Assembly (NCBI GenBank): GCA_049570475.1
Contig: CP186953.1
Coordinates: 256,001 to 320,000, forward strand
Reading direction: 5' to 3'
Length of the DNA stretch: 64,000 nucleotides
Source: Candidatus Methanosuratincola verstraetei
Lineage (GTDB): Archaea; Thermoproteota; Methanomethylicia; Methanomethylicales; Methanomethylicaceae
Part shown: positions 10,125 to 20,351 of the stretch, one piece after another
How positions within the stretch are numbered: position 1 is the stretch's first letter
Layout: every line of letters begins with the position of its first letter
Translations under genes and position numbers: made by a program
The notes under the pieces: model-generated
Told to the model about the DNA's origin: nothing
What the model saw: only the letters and a program-made list of their open reading frames with translations
Databases searched by the model: none

Positions 10125-12017
10125 ATGGACCTTAACCTAATAGTCGGAGGGCCTCAGGGAGGAGGCATCGAGACCGCAGGTATGCTCGCGGTGAGGGCCC
10201 TCGCAATGCACGGTCTAGAGGTTTTCGCCGACCGGGAATACCACTCAAATATAAAGGGTAAGCACAGCTACTCGCACATAAGGGCATCGTACAGACCGAT
10301 CAATAGCATAAAATATCCCGTCGACTTTGTCGGGGCCCTTGACATCGAAACCATTGCCACGCACTATAAGGATCTGGGACCTGGCGGCGTACTCATACAC
10401 GACGCCTCCTTACTCGACAAACCACTCACAAAGCTGCCCCCTATGGAAAAGGAGAGGCTTGAGAGGCTGAAAGCGGAATTGGAGAGGGAAAAGATAGGCA
10501 ACACGGTCAAGGAGCTGGACGAATGGCTTGAAAAAAATGGAAGAACGGTTCTTCCATTCCCCTTCTTAGGGATGATCACAGAGAAGGCCAAACTGGCTTC
10601 TCCAATGATAGAGAGGGCTATGAACACTGCCATGACAACCGCGCTCCTGCGGGGCGCAGGGATGCCTCTGGACGCTATACTCGAGGCAATTGATTCGCTC
10701 TTCATGGAAAAAGCAGAGGCGAGGGAATTGAACAGGGCGGTTGCGGTTGCGGTCAGTGATGGCTTCGACGAGATCGCTGGAACCAAGGGCACAGGCAAAA
10801 AAGGAACGGTTGGAAAAGGACCTGCCCGAGGGAAGAGGATGCTTGTCGCCGGGAACGACGCTGTTGCGATAGGGAAGCTGATTGGCGGGCTGAGGCTGCA
10901 GACATATTACCCCATAACACCTGCAGCTGATGAGTCGTTCGTAATAGAGCAGCACTCGAACCTTTTCGGTCCAGAGGGCGAAATAGTAGGATCGCCGATT
11001 GTGATACAGGCCGAGGACGAGATCTCTGCGATCTGCATGGCGATTGGGGGGGCGCTGACTGGCGCCAGGGCTGCGACATGCACGAGCGGACCAGGCTTCT
11101 CGCTGATGGTCGAGGGGATAGGGTGGGCAGGAATAAATGAGGTCCCGGTGGTGATCACATATTACCAGAGGGGGGGTCCGTCGACGGGCCTGCCGACCCG
11201 GCATAGCCAGTCGGATCTTCTCTTCGCCATCAACTCTGGGCACGGCGAGTTTCAAAGGATCGTACTGGCATCTGGCAGCCACGAGGAGACCCTGGACGAC
11301 GCCGTGAAGTGCATGGACTATGCTGAGAGGTATCAAGTCCCAGTGATCCACCTCCTCGACAAAGGGATAGCCAACTGTGTGACCACAATCAATCCCCCGA
11401 CATTAAGAAGGATAGACCGGGGTAAACGGATTTTGAAAGGGGTTTTGGAGTACAGGAGGTTTGCTTTTGACAGCGATCCCGTTTCCCCAAGGGCATTCCT
11501 TGGCGAAGAACTGATGTGGTACACCGGGGACGAGCACGATGAGTCAGGCCACATCTCGGAGGATCCTGAGAACAGGAGGAGGATGTATGAAAAGAGGATG
11601 TCGAAGATGGAAAAGATCCTTAAAGAAGCCCCGGACGGGGACAAGGCAGTCCTGTTTGGCGACGACAACTTTGAAGACCTTCTGGTCACATGGGGCGTGA
11701 CGACAGGGGCTGCGGTGGACGCTCTGCCAGAGCTGCAGGCAGCCGGTTCCAAATTGGCGGTCCTTCAGGTGAGGATGATTGAACCATTCCCTGTCGACAT
11801 TGTGTCGAAGTACGTCTCGAAGGCTAAGAGGGTGATAGGTCTAGAGGCGAACTACATAGGGCAGCTCGCAGAGCTCATCGGGTGGAAGACTGGCGTGAAG
11901 GTCAAGAACAGGATCTTGAAATACACAGGGAGGCTGATAACGCAAGACGAGGTCGTCAGCGCCTACATGCGCATAAAGGGCGGCGAGGAGAGGGTCGTCC
12001 TCACAGGAGGCGAGTAG
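10125..12017 (+). CDS. 2-oxoacid:ferredoxin oxidoreductase alpha subunit (gamma-alpha fusion)
   Basis: GGPQGGGI N-terminus, YYPITP, EDEI, TSGPGFSLM, RGGPSTGLPT. Start moved to ATG 10125. Confidence 0.93.
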   Translation: MDLNLIVGGPQGGGIETAGMLAVRALAMHGLEVFADREYHSNIKGKHSYSHIRASYRPINSIKYPVDFVGALDIETIATHYKDLGPGGVLIHDASLLDKPLTKLPPMEKERLERLKAELEREKIGNTVKELDEWLEKNGRTVLPFPFLGMITEKAKLASPMIERAMNTAMTTALLRGAGMPLDAILEAIDSLFMEKAEARELNRAVAVAVSDGFDEIAGTKGTGKKGTVGKGPARGKRMLVAGNDAVAIGKLIGGLRLQTYYPITPAADESFVIEQHSNLFGPEGEIVGSPIVIQAEDEISAICMAIGGALTGARAATCTSGPGFSLMVEGIGWAGINEVPVVITYYQRGGPSTGLPTRHSQSDLLFAINSGHGEFQRIVLASGSHEETLDDAVKCMDYAERYQVPVIHLLDKGIANCVTTINPPTLRRIDRGKRILKGVLEYRRFAFDSDPVSPRAFLGEELMWYTGDEHDESGHISEDPENRRRMYEKRMSKMEKILKEAPDGDKAVLFGDDNFEDLLVTWGVTTGAAVDALPELQAAGSKLAVLQVRMIEPFPVDIVSKYVSKAKRVIGLEANYIGQLAELIGWKTGVKVKNRILKYTGRLITQDEVVSAYMRIKGGEERVVLTGGE

Positions 12018-12018
12018 G

Positions 12019-12924
12019 ATGTCAATGGACTGGAACAGTGGAGTCTGGCCTGACTGGTGCCCCGGCTGCGGGAACTTTGGGATCTTCACCGCGCTCAAAG
12101 GGGCGCTCTCTGAGCTGGGGATTAGCAGGGAAAAAATGGTCCTGGTCTCGGGAATAGGGTGCAGCGGCAAGATCCCGCACTTTGTCAAAGTACCAGGTGT
12201 GCATACGCTCCACGGCAGGGCAATACCTTTCGCCACCGGCATAAAAGCCTCAAACCCTGATTTGAAGGTGATCGTCCACGGAGGTGACGGCGACCTCCTC
12301 GGGATAGGAATGGGACACCTGATAGCAATGGGGAGGAGGAACCCAGAGATACTCGTCGTGGTTCACAACAACGGCGTCTATGGGCTTACAAAGGGGCAGG
12401 CATCACCTACGCTGCAGTTGGGGAAAAAGACGAAATCGCTGGCATTCCCTAACATAAACAGCGCTGTGAACCCGATCCTGCTCGGAATTGCGTCCGGTTA
12501 TACATTCTTGGCCAGGAGCTATGCATACAACATCGATCACCTGAAGTCGTGCCTGAAGCAAGGGATTTCCCACAGCGGCGCAGGCATCCTCGAGGTGATC
12601 CAGCCCTGTCCGACATGGAACAATATAGTCACGATGGACTGGGTCGAAAAGAACACGTACTACCTCAAGGACTGGGACCCGGTTGTGAAGGACGACGAGG
12701 ACGCCGTCAAGAAGGCACAGGGGATCATCGGCATAGAGTCGGGCGAGAAGAAGGCCCTCGGAACCATACTTATCGACAGGCGAAAAGACCCGTTCGGAAA
12801 AAGGCTCGCATCAATCTACAAGCACTATGCTGCTGAGCCCCCTGCCACCCAACAATTGGAGAAAGGCGGCGCGCCATTGCCGATCGATCTTGAGAAGACA
12901 TTCCAGAAATTCTATATTCACTAA
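12019..12924 (+). CDS. 2-oxoacid:ferredoxin oxidoreductase beta subunit
   Basis: WCPGCGNFG, SGIGCS, GDGD TPP motif, YGLTKGQASPT. Confidence 0.93.
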   Translation: MSMDWNSGVWPDWCPGCGNFGIFTALKGALSELGISREKMVLVSGIGCSGKIPHFVKVPGVHTLHGRAIPFATGIKASNPDLKVIVHGGDGDLLGIGMGHLIAMGRRNPEILVVVHNNGVYGLTKGQASPTLQLGKKTKSLAFPNINSAVNPILLGIASGYTFLARSYAYNIDHLKSCLKQGISHSGAGILEVIQPCPTWNNIVTMDWVEKNTYYLKDWDPVVKDDEDAVKKAQGIIGIESGEKKALGTILIDRRKDPFGKRLASIYKHYAAEPPATQQLEKGGAPLPIDLEKTFQKFYIH

Positions 12925-12970
12925 CACTTCCATTTTTATGTGTTTGGTACAAGACATTGGTGGGATATTT

Positions 12971-14038
12971 TTGGATCATGTTGGAGACGCGTACCCTAAA
13001 CTCCGCGCTGCAGGAGTCCAGGCATCTCCTGTATTTCTGAACCGTGATGCCACAATCGAGAAGATGGAAGGATTAGTGTCGGAGGCCGCAGGGAAGGGGG
13101 CAGACCTCGTGGTATTCGGGGAGAGCTTTGTGCCCGCATTCCCCCTTTGGAACATGGTTTATCCGCCGATGGATCAGCAAATCTTCTTCCGGCGTCTCTT
13201 CGACAACGCCCTGGAGATCCCAAGCCCTCAATTCGAAAAGATCGCCGGAATCGCAAGGGAGAACAAAGTGTTCCTCTCGGTGGGCGTCACCGAGAAAGCC
13301 CCCTACAGCATGGGCACCATGTGGAACTCCAATCTGCTATTTGACAGGACGGGAAGGCTAGTAAACCACAGGAGAAAGCTAGTCCCTACATGGGCCGAAA
13401 AACTTACCTGGGCCAACGGAGATGCCGAAGGGCTAGAGCCCGCAAGGACCGAGATCGGCAGGATCGGGGTGCTCATCTGCGGCGAAAACACAAACCCGCT
13501 TGCGAGGTACGCGATGCTCGCGCAGGGCGAGCAGATCCATATTGCGACTTACCCGCCTGCTTTCCCGTTCAAGCGCCCGGGTGCTTCGGATAACTATGAT
13601 CTGACAGAGGCCATCAGGATCAGGTCAGCAGCCCATTCCTTCGAGGGGAAGGTTTTCAACATCGTCGTATCATGCGCTCTGGACGAAAGTTCAATCGAGG
13701 GGCTTTCGATGGGAAACGAAGAAGTCAGAGAGATCCTTGAGAAGACGCCAAGAGCAGCCACCATGATGCTGGGCCCACAAGGGGAGCATCTATGCGATCC
13801 ACTCGTCGGGAAGGAAGGGACAATCACTGCAGAAATAGACGTTTCAAGGAGCATAGAGCACAAGCAGGTTCACGATATCGTTGGGTATTACAACAGGTTC
13901 GACATTTTTAGGCTTGAGCTAGACAAGTCCCCAAGACGGCCTGTGTGGATCAGGGACATACCTGTGAGGAAACAAAAGGATTGTGAGCACGAGGAAACAA
14001 ACGAAGTGGGCGCTGAAGGTGTCCAGGACGACTTTTGA
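12971..14038 (+). CDS. Nitrilase (carbon-nitrogen hydrolase, class 1-like)
   Basis: E-K-C triad in FGESF, RRKLVPT, LICGEN; DIVGYYNR tail. Start codon uncertain. Confidence 0.88.
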   Translation: MDHVGDAYPKLRAAGVQASPVFLNRDATIEKMEGLVSEAAGKGADLVVFGESFVPAFPLWNMVYPPMDQQIFFRRLFDNALEIPSPQFEKIAGIARENKVFLSVGVTEKAPYSMGTMWNSNLLFDRTGRLVNHRRKLVPTWAEKLTWANGDAEGLEPARTEIGRIGVLICGENTNPLARYAMLAQGEQIHIATYPPAFPFKRPGASDNYDLTEAIRIRSAAHSFEGKVFNIVVSCALDESSIEGLSMGNEEVREILEKTPRAATMMLGPQGEHLCDPLVGKEGTITAEIDVSRSIEHKQVHDIVGYYNRFDIFRLELDKSPRRPVWIRDIPVRKQKDCEHEETNEVGAEGVQDDF

Positions 14039-14119
14039 TTGACGGGCATGCAGGGGCAGTCCTCTAGAGAGACGGGCAGTCTTAATTCATCAGTTTGAGC
14101 CTTGATCCGGCAGTAAGCA

Positions 14120-15217
14120 CTACAGCGGCAATGACTTCTGCTTAATCTTGACCGCGTTGTATTCGCAGACCTCATAGCAAGCATAGCACCTGATGCACTT
14201 CGAATCATCCACCTCAGGGTACTCTGCCATCTCGATTGCCCCCTCGGGGCAGATCCCAGCGCATTCACCGCACTTTACGCAACGTTTTTTGTCAAAGTAG
14301 ATTCGGGGGACTAATCGCTTGACCACAGATCCAAGCTTCAGGGAAAGGCCCTGGAGGAACGTTGAGGGCATCTTGAATTCGTAGTTTGGAAGCGGGCCCC
14401 CAACCAAATCGATCTCATCCTCGCTCGAGGGCCCTATCCCGCGGCGCGCCCCCTCCCTCACATACGGCACGCAAAGCGGATCGATGCCAGCCATCCTGAA
14501 TGCGACCATATCAAGCGCCAGCGCATCCCTGCTCGCAAGTATTTTTGAAATGCGCTGGGCTCTGCCGAATGACGGGCCGTTACCGTCCATGCAGACTATC
14601 GCGTCCATGAGGTTGAGGGAGACTCTGTCTCGGATGTATGAATACACATCAATTATTGCCTTTGCCATCTTTTCCGGCGTATTGCCTATGGTATGGAGCT
14701 TCGACTTGCTCGCCCCCTGTATGCAGCCGAAGGACAAATTCTTCACGGCGCCAGTCATGACGGTCTGGACGTGCGTCTTAAGCTTGGGGGCATTTATGAT
14801 GCTGTGCTCCAGAACGTGCTTCGAGAAGGGGATGGAGTCTACAAGCTCGCCTTTGATTTGTATGACCTCGGGAGGCTGCCCCTCAAAATCCAGGAATTCC
14901 CCTCCAGCCTCCAGAATAGCCTTCATCATGCCTGTGCCCTCGAAGACCGCCCTTGACTTTCCGGGGTACGCGTTCCCTGGCGAATCCCCGACGCAGGCCC
15001 GGCAGCCCCTCTCCCTAAGAAGCCCTATCAATGCCGAAACTATGCCGGGGTCGGTCGTCACCCCTTCTTCTGCTGTCTTTGAGTTGAGCATGTTAGGCTT
15101 GATCAGGTAGCTTGATCCTACCTCTGGAGCCCAGCCCAAAGAGTCGAGCGCGCCTCTGACTGCGGAAAAGTAATTGCCTGAGAAGTCTAAAACTGCCACT
15201 TGGTACCTCAAGATCAA
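14120..15217 (-). CDS. DUF362 domain protein with C-terminal 2x[4Fe-4S] ferredoxin
   Basis: IKPN, PKLKTH, TGAVKN, GNGP and two CxxCxxCxxxC motifs. Confidence 0.88.
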   Translation of the reverse strand: MILRYQVAVLDFSGNYFSAVRGALDSLGWAPEVGSSYLIKPNMLNSKTAEEGVTTDPGIVSALIGLLRERGCRACVGDSPGNAYPGKSRAVFEGTGMMKAILEAGGEFLDFEGQPPEVIQIKGELVDSIPFSKHVLEHSIINAPKLKTHVQTVMTGAVKNLSFGCIQGASKSKLHTIGNTPEKMAKAIIDVYSYIRDRVSLNLMDAIVCMDGNGPSFGRAQRISKILASRDALALDMVAFRMAGIDPLCVPYVREGARRGIGPSSEDEIDLVGGPLPNYEFKMPSTFLQGLSLKLGSVVKRLVPRIYFDKKRCVKCGECAGICPEGAIEMAEYPEVDDSKCIRCYACYEVCEYNAVKIKQKSLPL

Positions 15218-15274
15218 GATCTCCGAAGCTTTCCTGATAAAAAGGGGAAAAAATGGAAAGATTTAACGGTTTTC

Positions 15275-15487
15275 CTAAGCCGTCACCCGATGCCGCTGCA
15301 CAACGTAAATCTTCTTGCGCATGTCCTTCCAATCCGGAATCTCTTTTATCATGCCCCTTTCCCTGAGGGACTTTATTGCGTATTTCACCGTTCGGGGAGG
15401 GATGGAAGTCTTATTCCGTATGTCGCTCTGAGTTGCGGGACCTTCTGAGGCTATAATTTCGAGAACTTTGGCGACTGTGCAAGGCAG
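15275..15487 (-). CDS. Small winged-helix transcription regulator (not in ORF track; CTG start or 5' lesion)
   Basis: Hand translation LPCTVAKVLEIIASEGPATQSDIRNKTSIPPRTVKYAIKSLRERGMIKEIPDWKDMRKKIY. In-frame stop at 15500-15502 and no ATG/GTG/TTG before the HTH. Confidence 0.7.
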   Translation of the reverse strand: MPCTVAKVLEIIASEGPATQSDIRNKTSIPPRTVKYAIKSLRERGMIKEIPDWKDMRKKIYVVQRHRVTA

Positions 15488-15683
15488 CTGCCTAGCAAAC
15501 TAAATCCCCCATTTTCCAGACCTCATGATTTGAGGGATTTTTTCCGCTTAAAAGGATTATGTTTGGTGCAAAGATGATCTTCGAATCTGATCTCTGAAAT
15601 CCTACCGCTCATGGAGGGCAATCGATCCTGGATCATGCTTATTGACGGAAAAATCACTGGCACAAGCAACAATGGCAAATTTT

Positions 15684-16901
15684 TTATGCGGTACTGCCTT
15701 TGGCGGATTCTGAGATCTTTGAGATAGTTTCAACGAATGTCCTGACTTCGGACTTCGTGTTGTAGAGGTACAAGGATGCCCTGACCGACCCGCTTCCAAT
15801 CTTCAAGACCTCCTTCATGAGCGGGAGCGCGCAGTGGTGCCCGGATCGGACCATTATCCCGGCGGCACTTTCAAGGGCGATTGCCACATCATGCGGGTCC
15901 ATCCCATCGACATTGAAGGAAATGATCCCGTTCCGCCTTCCCGAATCCAGAGAACCGTAGACTTTCACCCTGCGGTCCCCCTGTATGCCCTCCAAAATCT
16001 CCCTGGTGAGATCCGCCTCATGCGCCTCAATGTTTTCCATACCGATGTCCATCAGGTATTCAGCGGCTGCCCCAATCCCGATTACCTCAGCTATTGCAGG
16101 AGTCCCAGCCTCGAACCTATAAGGGCCGCCCCTGAGCGTATAATAGTCAACACCGACATCCTCAATCGAACCTCCGCCTATGCACAGAGGCTCGAGATCG
16201 CCCTGAAGGTCCTCCCTGATGTAAAGAGCCCCCACACCGGTCGGACCGCACATCTTGTGCCCGGAAAAAGCTAGGAAGTCGCAGCCAATCCTCTTCACAT
16301 CAATGCGCATATGCGGGACGGACTGGGCACCGTCAATGAGCAGGAGCGCCCCATTCTCCCTACAAATTTTTCCAATCTCCTCTACAGGATTCTTCACTCC
16401 AAGGACATTAGAGACATGCGTCACTGAGACGAGCTTCGCCCCTTTTTCTATCTCGCGTTGCATATCTGGAAGGTTCAAATCCCCAGAGGCATCTGCCCCG
16501 ATTACCCTGAGATCGATCCGCTTCCTTGCCTTTTCTCTGAGCCAGATTATGTAGTTTGAGTGGTGCTCCTGGATGGTCGTTACCACCTTGTCGCCCGACC
16601 GGAGGCCCAAGCCGGATGCCACAAGGTTCATCGCCTCAGAGGTGTTTCTGACAAAGACTATCTCTCCAGGCTTGGCGTTTATAAGCCTGGCAAGCGTCTT
16701 CCTTGCAGCCTCGAACTCCTCAGTTGCGCGCCTCGATGAGGTATAGACCCCTCTGCCCACGTTGGCGCGGTATTCACGGTAGTACTCAAGCATCTTTGCG
16801 AGGACGGGCTCAGGTGTAAGGCTTGTGGACGCGGAATCCAAGTAAACACGACCAGGCCTGATGAAAGGAAAATCCCTGCGGACGGCTTGTACATTCAACA
16901 T
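15684..16901 (-). CDS. sufS: Cysteine desulfurase, SufS type
   Basis: YLDSAST, EHHSN, SGHKM (PLP Lys), RSGHHCA. Confidence 0.93.
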   Translation of the reverse strand: MLNVQAVRRDFPFIRPGRVYLDSASTSLTPEPVLAKMLEYYREYRANVGRGVYTSSRRATEEFEAARKTLARLINAKPGEIVFVRNTSEAMNLVASGLGLRSGDKVVTTIQEHHSNYIIWLREKARKRIDLRVIGADASGDLNLPDMQREIEKGAKLVSVTHVSNVLGVKNPVEEIGKICRENGALLLIDGAQSVPHMRIDVKRIGCDFLAFSGHKMCGPTGVGALYIREDLQGDLEPLCIGGGSIEDVGVDYYTLRGGPYRFEAGTPAIAEVIGIGAAAEYLMDIGMENIEAHEADLTREILEGIQGDRRVKVYGSLDSGRRNGIISFNVDGMDPHDVAIALESAAGIMVRSGHHCALPLMKEVLKIGSGSVRASLYLYNTKSEVRTFVETISKISESAKGSTA

Positions 16902-17077
16902 GGCAATTATCTCCGGAAGCTACATAGAATGATCGGTCAAATAGGATAAAAAGCTGTGCATGACCTGCCGAACCCGATGCCAACCAGATCCAGGGGCCGT
17001 GAAAGCATCCAATATTCTTGTATTAGCAACGCTTATATCCCGACATTATAGAGATGGATTCACGTGGAGGAGATTGG

Positions 17078-17284
17078 ATGGGTAGAACAGGAGTGCTTTT
17101 GGCGATCGCTGTAATAGGATACTTCATCGGTGTGGCCGGGTATTACCTTCTAAAGAATCTATCGCCCTGGCTTGAACAAGTCCTGCCGATGCTTCTGCAG
17201 GCAGAGTGGGTCATTTCAGGGCTCTTTGGAGCAGTATTCGCGGTCATACTCGTTGTGATTTGGTCTTACACAACTAAAGAGTGA
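17078..17284 (+). CDS. Small 2-TM membrane protein
   Basis: Two hydrophobic helices; GGAGG SD upstream; TATA-like TTATAT at ~17033; T-rich tract downstream. Confidence 0.7.
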   Translation: MGRTGVLLAIAVIGYFIGVAGYYLLKNLSPWLEQVLPMLLQAEWVISGLFGAVFAVILVVIWSYTTKE

Positions 17285-17334
17285 CAATATAAGAAGGCAG
17301 GACCTCATTTTTTACCAAACAAATTTAATTTTAT

Positions 17335-18675
17335 TTAATTTATCTTTTGAACCAGCTGCTTGTCCTCAATTGTCACCGGGCGTTCGGAAGGCTTTGACGA
17401 GAGTCTGTACTGTATCGCCCAGAAATTCTCTGGGCTGAACCTGGAGTCGATGACTGTGCAGTCAAATCCGAATATGTCGAGCAGCCCATAGAATATGAAG
17501 CCCCAGATCATGGGAGGGATTGGGAAACCCCTGTCAGCCGCTATCTTGAAGGCTGGAGAAAGGTTTCCGCTCACCTCTGAGGTTATCAAGTTGAGCGGCT
17601 CGTCGTATGTGAAGCGCCACTCTATACCTTCGTAGAGCAGGACGAGCGAACTGAGTAGCTTCAACGACTGATGGAGGGAGGGCAAGAAGCTTGGGAGAGA
17701 AGTCTTCTTCATCGCCTCGATCGTCTTCCTGCCAAGATCAACCAGCGTCGGGTTGAGCTTCTGGTTTATCTTGGTTGACATCACGTCCAGAAGGTAAAGG
17801 TAGAAGTAGGGAGAGGCCTGGTTGAACTGAGGGTCCGCAAGCAGGTCCTCCTTCAGCCAGTCATTCTCGATGGCAGGATAGACGATCTGGAAGTCCTTTG
17901 AAGCAGACCAATCGACCCCACGCATGTATTCCCTGAGGTAGTCGCAGATGCTCCCGCCGCTGTAGTACTCGGCTACGACAGTGGAACCCTTGTTGTCAAC
18001 CAAGGAAATCTTCTTGAAGATTAGGAGGTCTTTCCCGTCCGCCAGCAGGAGGTTTACTTTAGGGGAGAACGGCACGTACTTTATCTTGAAGAAGTCAGAG
18101 AACTTACGGAGGATCTCGCAGTCCTGCTTTGCTGAATTTATGAATATCTTGACTTCTATCTCGTTGCGGGTGGCTTCGTTGAGCGTTTCGAAGAAGTTGT
18201 CGAAGATGATTTCGAGGCCTTCGTGGTTTAGTGCCAGGATCATCTCCTCGGATGCGTTGGTGATTATCTCATAAATCCTCTTGATGGTCTCCGGCTCATG
18301 CCTGGTTACCCAATACTCCTTCTTCTCAAGCTGATCCGCGGCCAGCGCGCTCTCCTGAAGCCTCCGGATCTCCGTAATTGTTTTCTTCATTGTCTTGAGA
18401 TCCTGCTCGAGATTTTTAATAGGGCTGAGGAGCGAATTTTCAGGCGGATTGGCCTTGGCCGTGATTGTCTTGCCCGGGACAAAGGTCACAAGGCGCCGCT
18501 TCTCGAGGTTTTTCAGGACAGGGTATATCTTTGTCCTCGGCACCATGCTCTTAGCCGCTATCTCCTTGATGGTGGATCTGCCGTGCCTCACAAGGGTCAG
18601 GTAAACCATCGACTCGTACTCGGTCAGACCGAACTTGGTCAGGGACTGGGCGAGCGGCTTTACCTGTAACTCCAA
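17335..18675 (-). CDS. TrmB-family transcriptional regulator with extra C-terminal domain
   Basis: [11 protein letters not shown]...[10 protein letters not shown] TrmB HTH, coiled coil, PLD-like effector domain, ~170 aa extension. Confidence 0.85.
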   Translation of the reverse strand: MELQVKPLAQSLTKFGLTEYESMVYLTLVRHGRSTIKEIAAKSMVPRTKIYPVLKNLEKRRLVTFVPGKTITAKANPPENSLLSPIKNLEQDLKTMKKTITEIRRLQESALAADQLEKKEYWVTRHEPETIKRIYEIITNASEEMILALNHEGLEIIFDNFFETLNEATRNEIEVKIFINSAKQDCEILRKFSDFFKIKYVPFSPKVNLLLADGKDLLIFKKISLVDNKGSTVVAEYYSGGSICDYLREYMRGVDWSASKDFQIVYPAIENDWLKEDLLADPQFNQASPYFYLYLLDVMSTKINQKLNPTLVDLGRKTIEAMKKTSLPSFLPSLHQSLKLLSSLVLLYEGIEWRFTYDEPLNLITSEVSGNLSPAFKIAADRGFPIPPMIWGFIFYGLLDIFGFDCTVIDSRFSPENFWAIQYRLSSKPSERPVTIEDKQLVQKIN

Positions 18676-18773
18676 ACTTTGTCACCGGAGGGACAGACAC
18701 TTCGGTTACAAGATAATCTGGTCACACGAGTCTTATAAAATATTCGTATCAAACCCTAGAGTGGTGACCGAAA

Positions 18774-19412
18774 GTGAGCAACTTCGCAAACCGATGGGAG
18801 AAGAAGGAGACCCCAGGCATTAGCACCAGGGTCAAGGAGTCTGTCCGACCCCCAGGCCCGCTCAAGCCGAGGCTCGAGGCAGCAGTGAGATCCATACAAC
18901 TACAGATGCAGAAGCTCGACATAGCTAACCAGAGATTCCAGGAGAGAGACAGGATAATGTTCAGCAAGGTCGTCGACGCTTACTCCAAACACGACCTAGA
19001 CCACGCCAAGATCTATGCAAACGAGCTCGCCGAGATAAGGAAGATGTCCAAGATGCTGATGCAGGCCAGGATGGCGCTCGAGCAGATAGTGATGCGCCTC
19101 AGCACAGTGACCGAGCTCGGAGACATAGTCGTGACTCTCGCGCCAGCAATGGGCGTGATCAAGAATGTCAGGGCAGGCATCTCGACTCTGCTCCCCGAGG
19201 CCGAGAGGGAACTTGGCGACATCAGCACGCTCCTGAGCGGCATACTCGTCGACGCAGGCCAGAGCAGCGGACTCAGCCTCAACTTCGAGAGCGCCAACGA
19301 GGACGCACAGAAGATACTCGGAGAGGCAGCGGCTGTCGCAGAGCAGAGGGTCAAGGAGAAGTTCCCAGAACTCCCAGCAGGAATCGCAGCAGGAGAGAAA
19401 GCAGGGTTCTGA
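18774..19412 (+). CDS. cdvB: ESCRT-III (Snf7 family) CdvB-like protein without wH domain
   Basis: AKIYANELAEIRK, helical core, C-terminal KFPELP MIM2-like motif. Confidence 0.88.
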   Translation: MSNFANRWEKKETPGISTRVKESVRPPGPLKPRLEAAVRSIQLQMQKLDIANQRFQERDRIMFSKVVDAYSKHDLDHAKIYANELAEIRKMSKMLMQARMALEQIVMRLSTVTELGDIVVTLAPAMGVIKNVRAGISTLLPEAERELGDISTLLSGILVDAGQSSGLSLNFESANEDAQKILGEAAAVAEQRVKEKFPELPAGIAAGEKAGF

Positions 19413-19523
19413 GTGGTTGAACTTGGCAACCCTCGTTCCCATTTTTTTGAAAATGAGGCCAAGCATCAAACTGACGGAAATACCCCATATCCCATGAGTG
19501 ATCCTTAGAGGTGGAGTAAAAAA

Positions 19524-20351
19524 ATGCTAAAGAACTTTTTTCGACGGACTCCACCTCTAAAGGACGCTCTGAATGAGGCAATAACAGCCCTCGGAAGGCA
19601 AAAGAGAAAGCTCGAGATAATTGACGCAAAGCTGAAGGCAAGGCGCAACGAGCTCTTCAGGCTCTGCACATCTGCATTAGAGAACAAGAGCTCTGAAAGG
19701 GCAAAGATCTACGCTAACGAGATCGCGGAAATAAAGAAGGTACAGGAAAAGGTCTCAAATGGAATCCTCTTACTGGAGCAGCTCACGCTGAGGATGGAGA
19801 CGCTGAGGGAGGTTGGTTCAACATTCGCACAGCTGGAACCGACCTTGGAGGCGGTCAGGCAGGTCTCAGAACAGTTGTCCGAGATCATACCCGAGGTCTC
19901 AGGGGAGCTCATGCAGATCGGGAGCTGCCTCAATTCAGTCATGACCGAGATGAGGATACCGTTGTCAGAGGCACAGGTCGCTGCAATTTCAGATACCGTG
20001 GAAAACGAAGAGATACTGGATGAGGCCTCTGCGTTCATCAGGGGGAGGCTTATGGAGCAACTTCCAGAGCCCCCCAAGGAGATCGGCTTTGCAGCGCCAG
20101 TGCAGTTTGGCGCAGAAGGGGCCCTGACCAAAAGCGTTTCCCGTTCGCCAGTAGAAAGCACGAAGGACAGGGAGGAGGTGCTCCTGGAGCACCTAGAAAG
20201 GAATGAAGGCGTGCTGGACTTCAGTGAGCTGAGCTCGAAGTTCGGCATGAACGAAAGGCAAGTCATCAGGCTTATAGAAAGCTTATCTAAGAAGGGTTTG
20301 GTAAAGATAATGACTGCAAGCGAGGCGATTGCAAGTGATGGCGATCAATGA
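19524..20351 (+). CDS. cdvB: ESCRT-III CdvB with MIM2-like motif and C-terminal winged helix
   Basis: AKIYANEIAEIKK, LPEPP, C-terminal wH (ELSSKFGM...LIESLSKKGLV). Confidence 0.85.
   Translation: MLKNFFRRTPPLKDALNEAITALGRQKRKLEIIDAKLKARRNELFRLCTSALENKSSERAKIYANEIAEIKKVQEKVSNGILLLEQLTLRMETLREVGSTFAQLEPTLEAVRQVSEQLSEIIPEVSGELMQIGSCLNSVMTEMRIPLSEAQVAAISDTVENEEILDEASAFIRGRLMEQLPEPPKEIGFAAPVQFGAEGALTKSVSRSPVESTKDREEVLLEHLERNEGVLDFSELSSKFGMNERQVIRLIESLSKKGLVKIMTASEAIASDGDQ

Noticed and set aside
10566-11351. 261-aa minus-strand ORF, and similar shadows at 27158-27907, 19709-20266, 32131-32733 and 14484-15110
   Set aside because: Each fully overlaps a well-supported gene on the other strand.
17078-17284. 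Small membrane protein as a CdvA substitute
   Set aside because: Separated from the cdv operon by trmB, with no CdvA-like features; proximity alone is insufficient.
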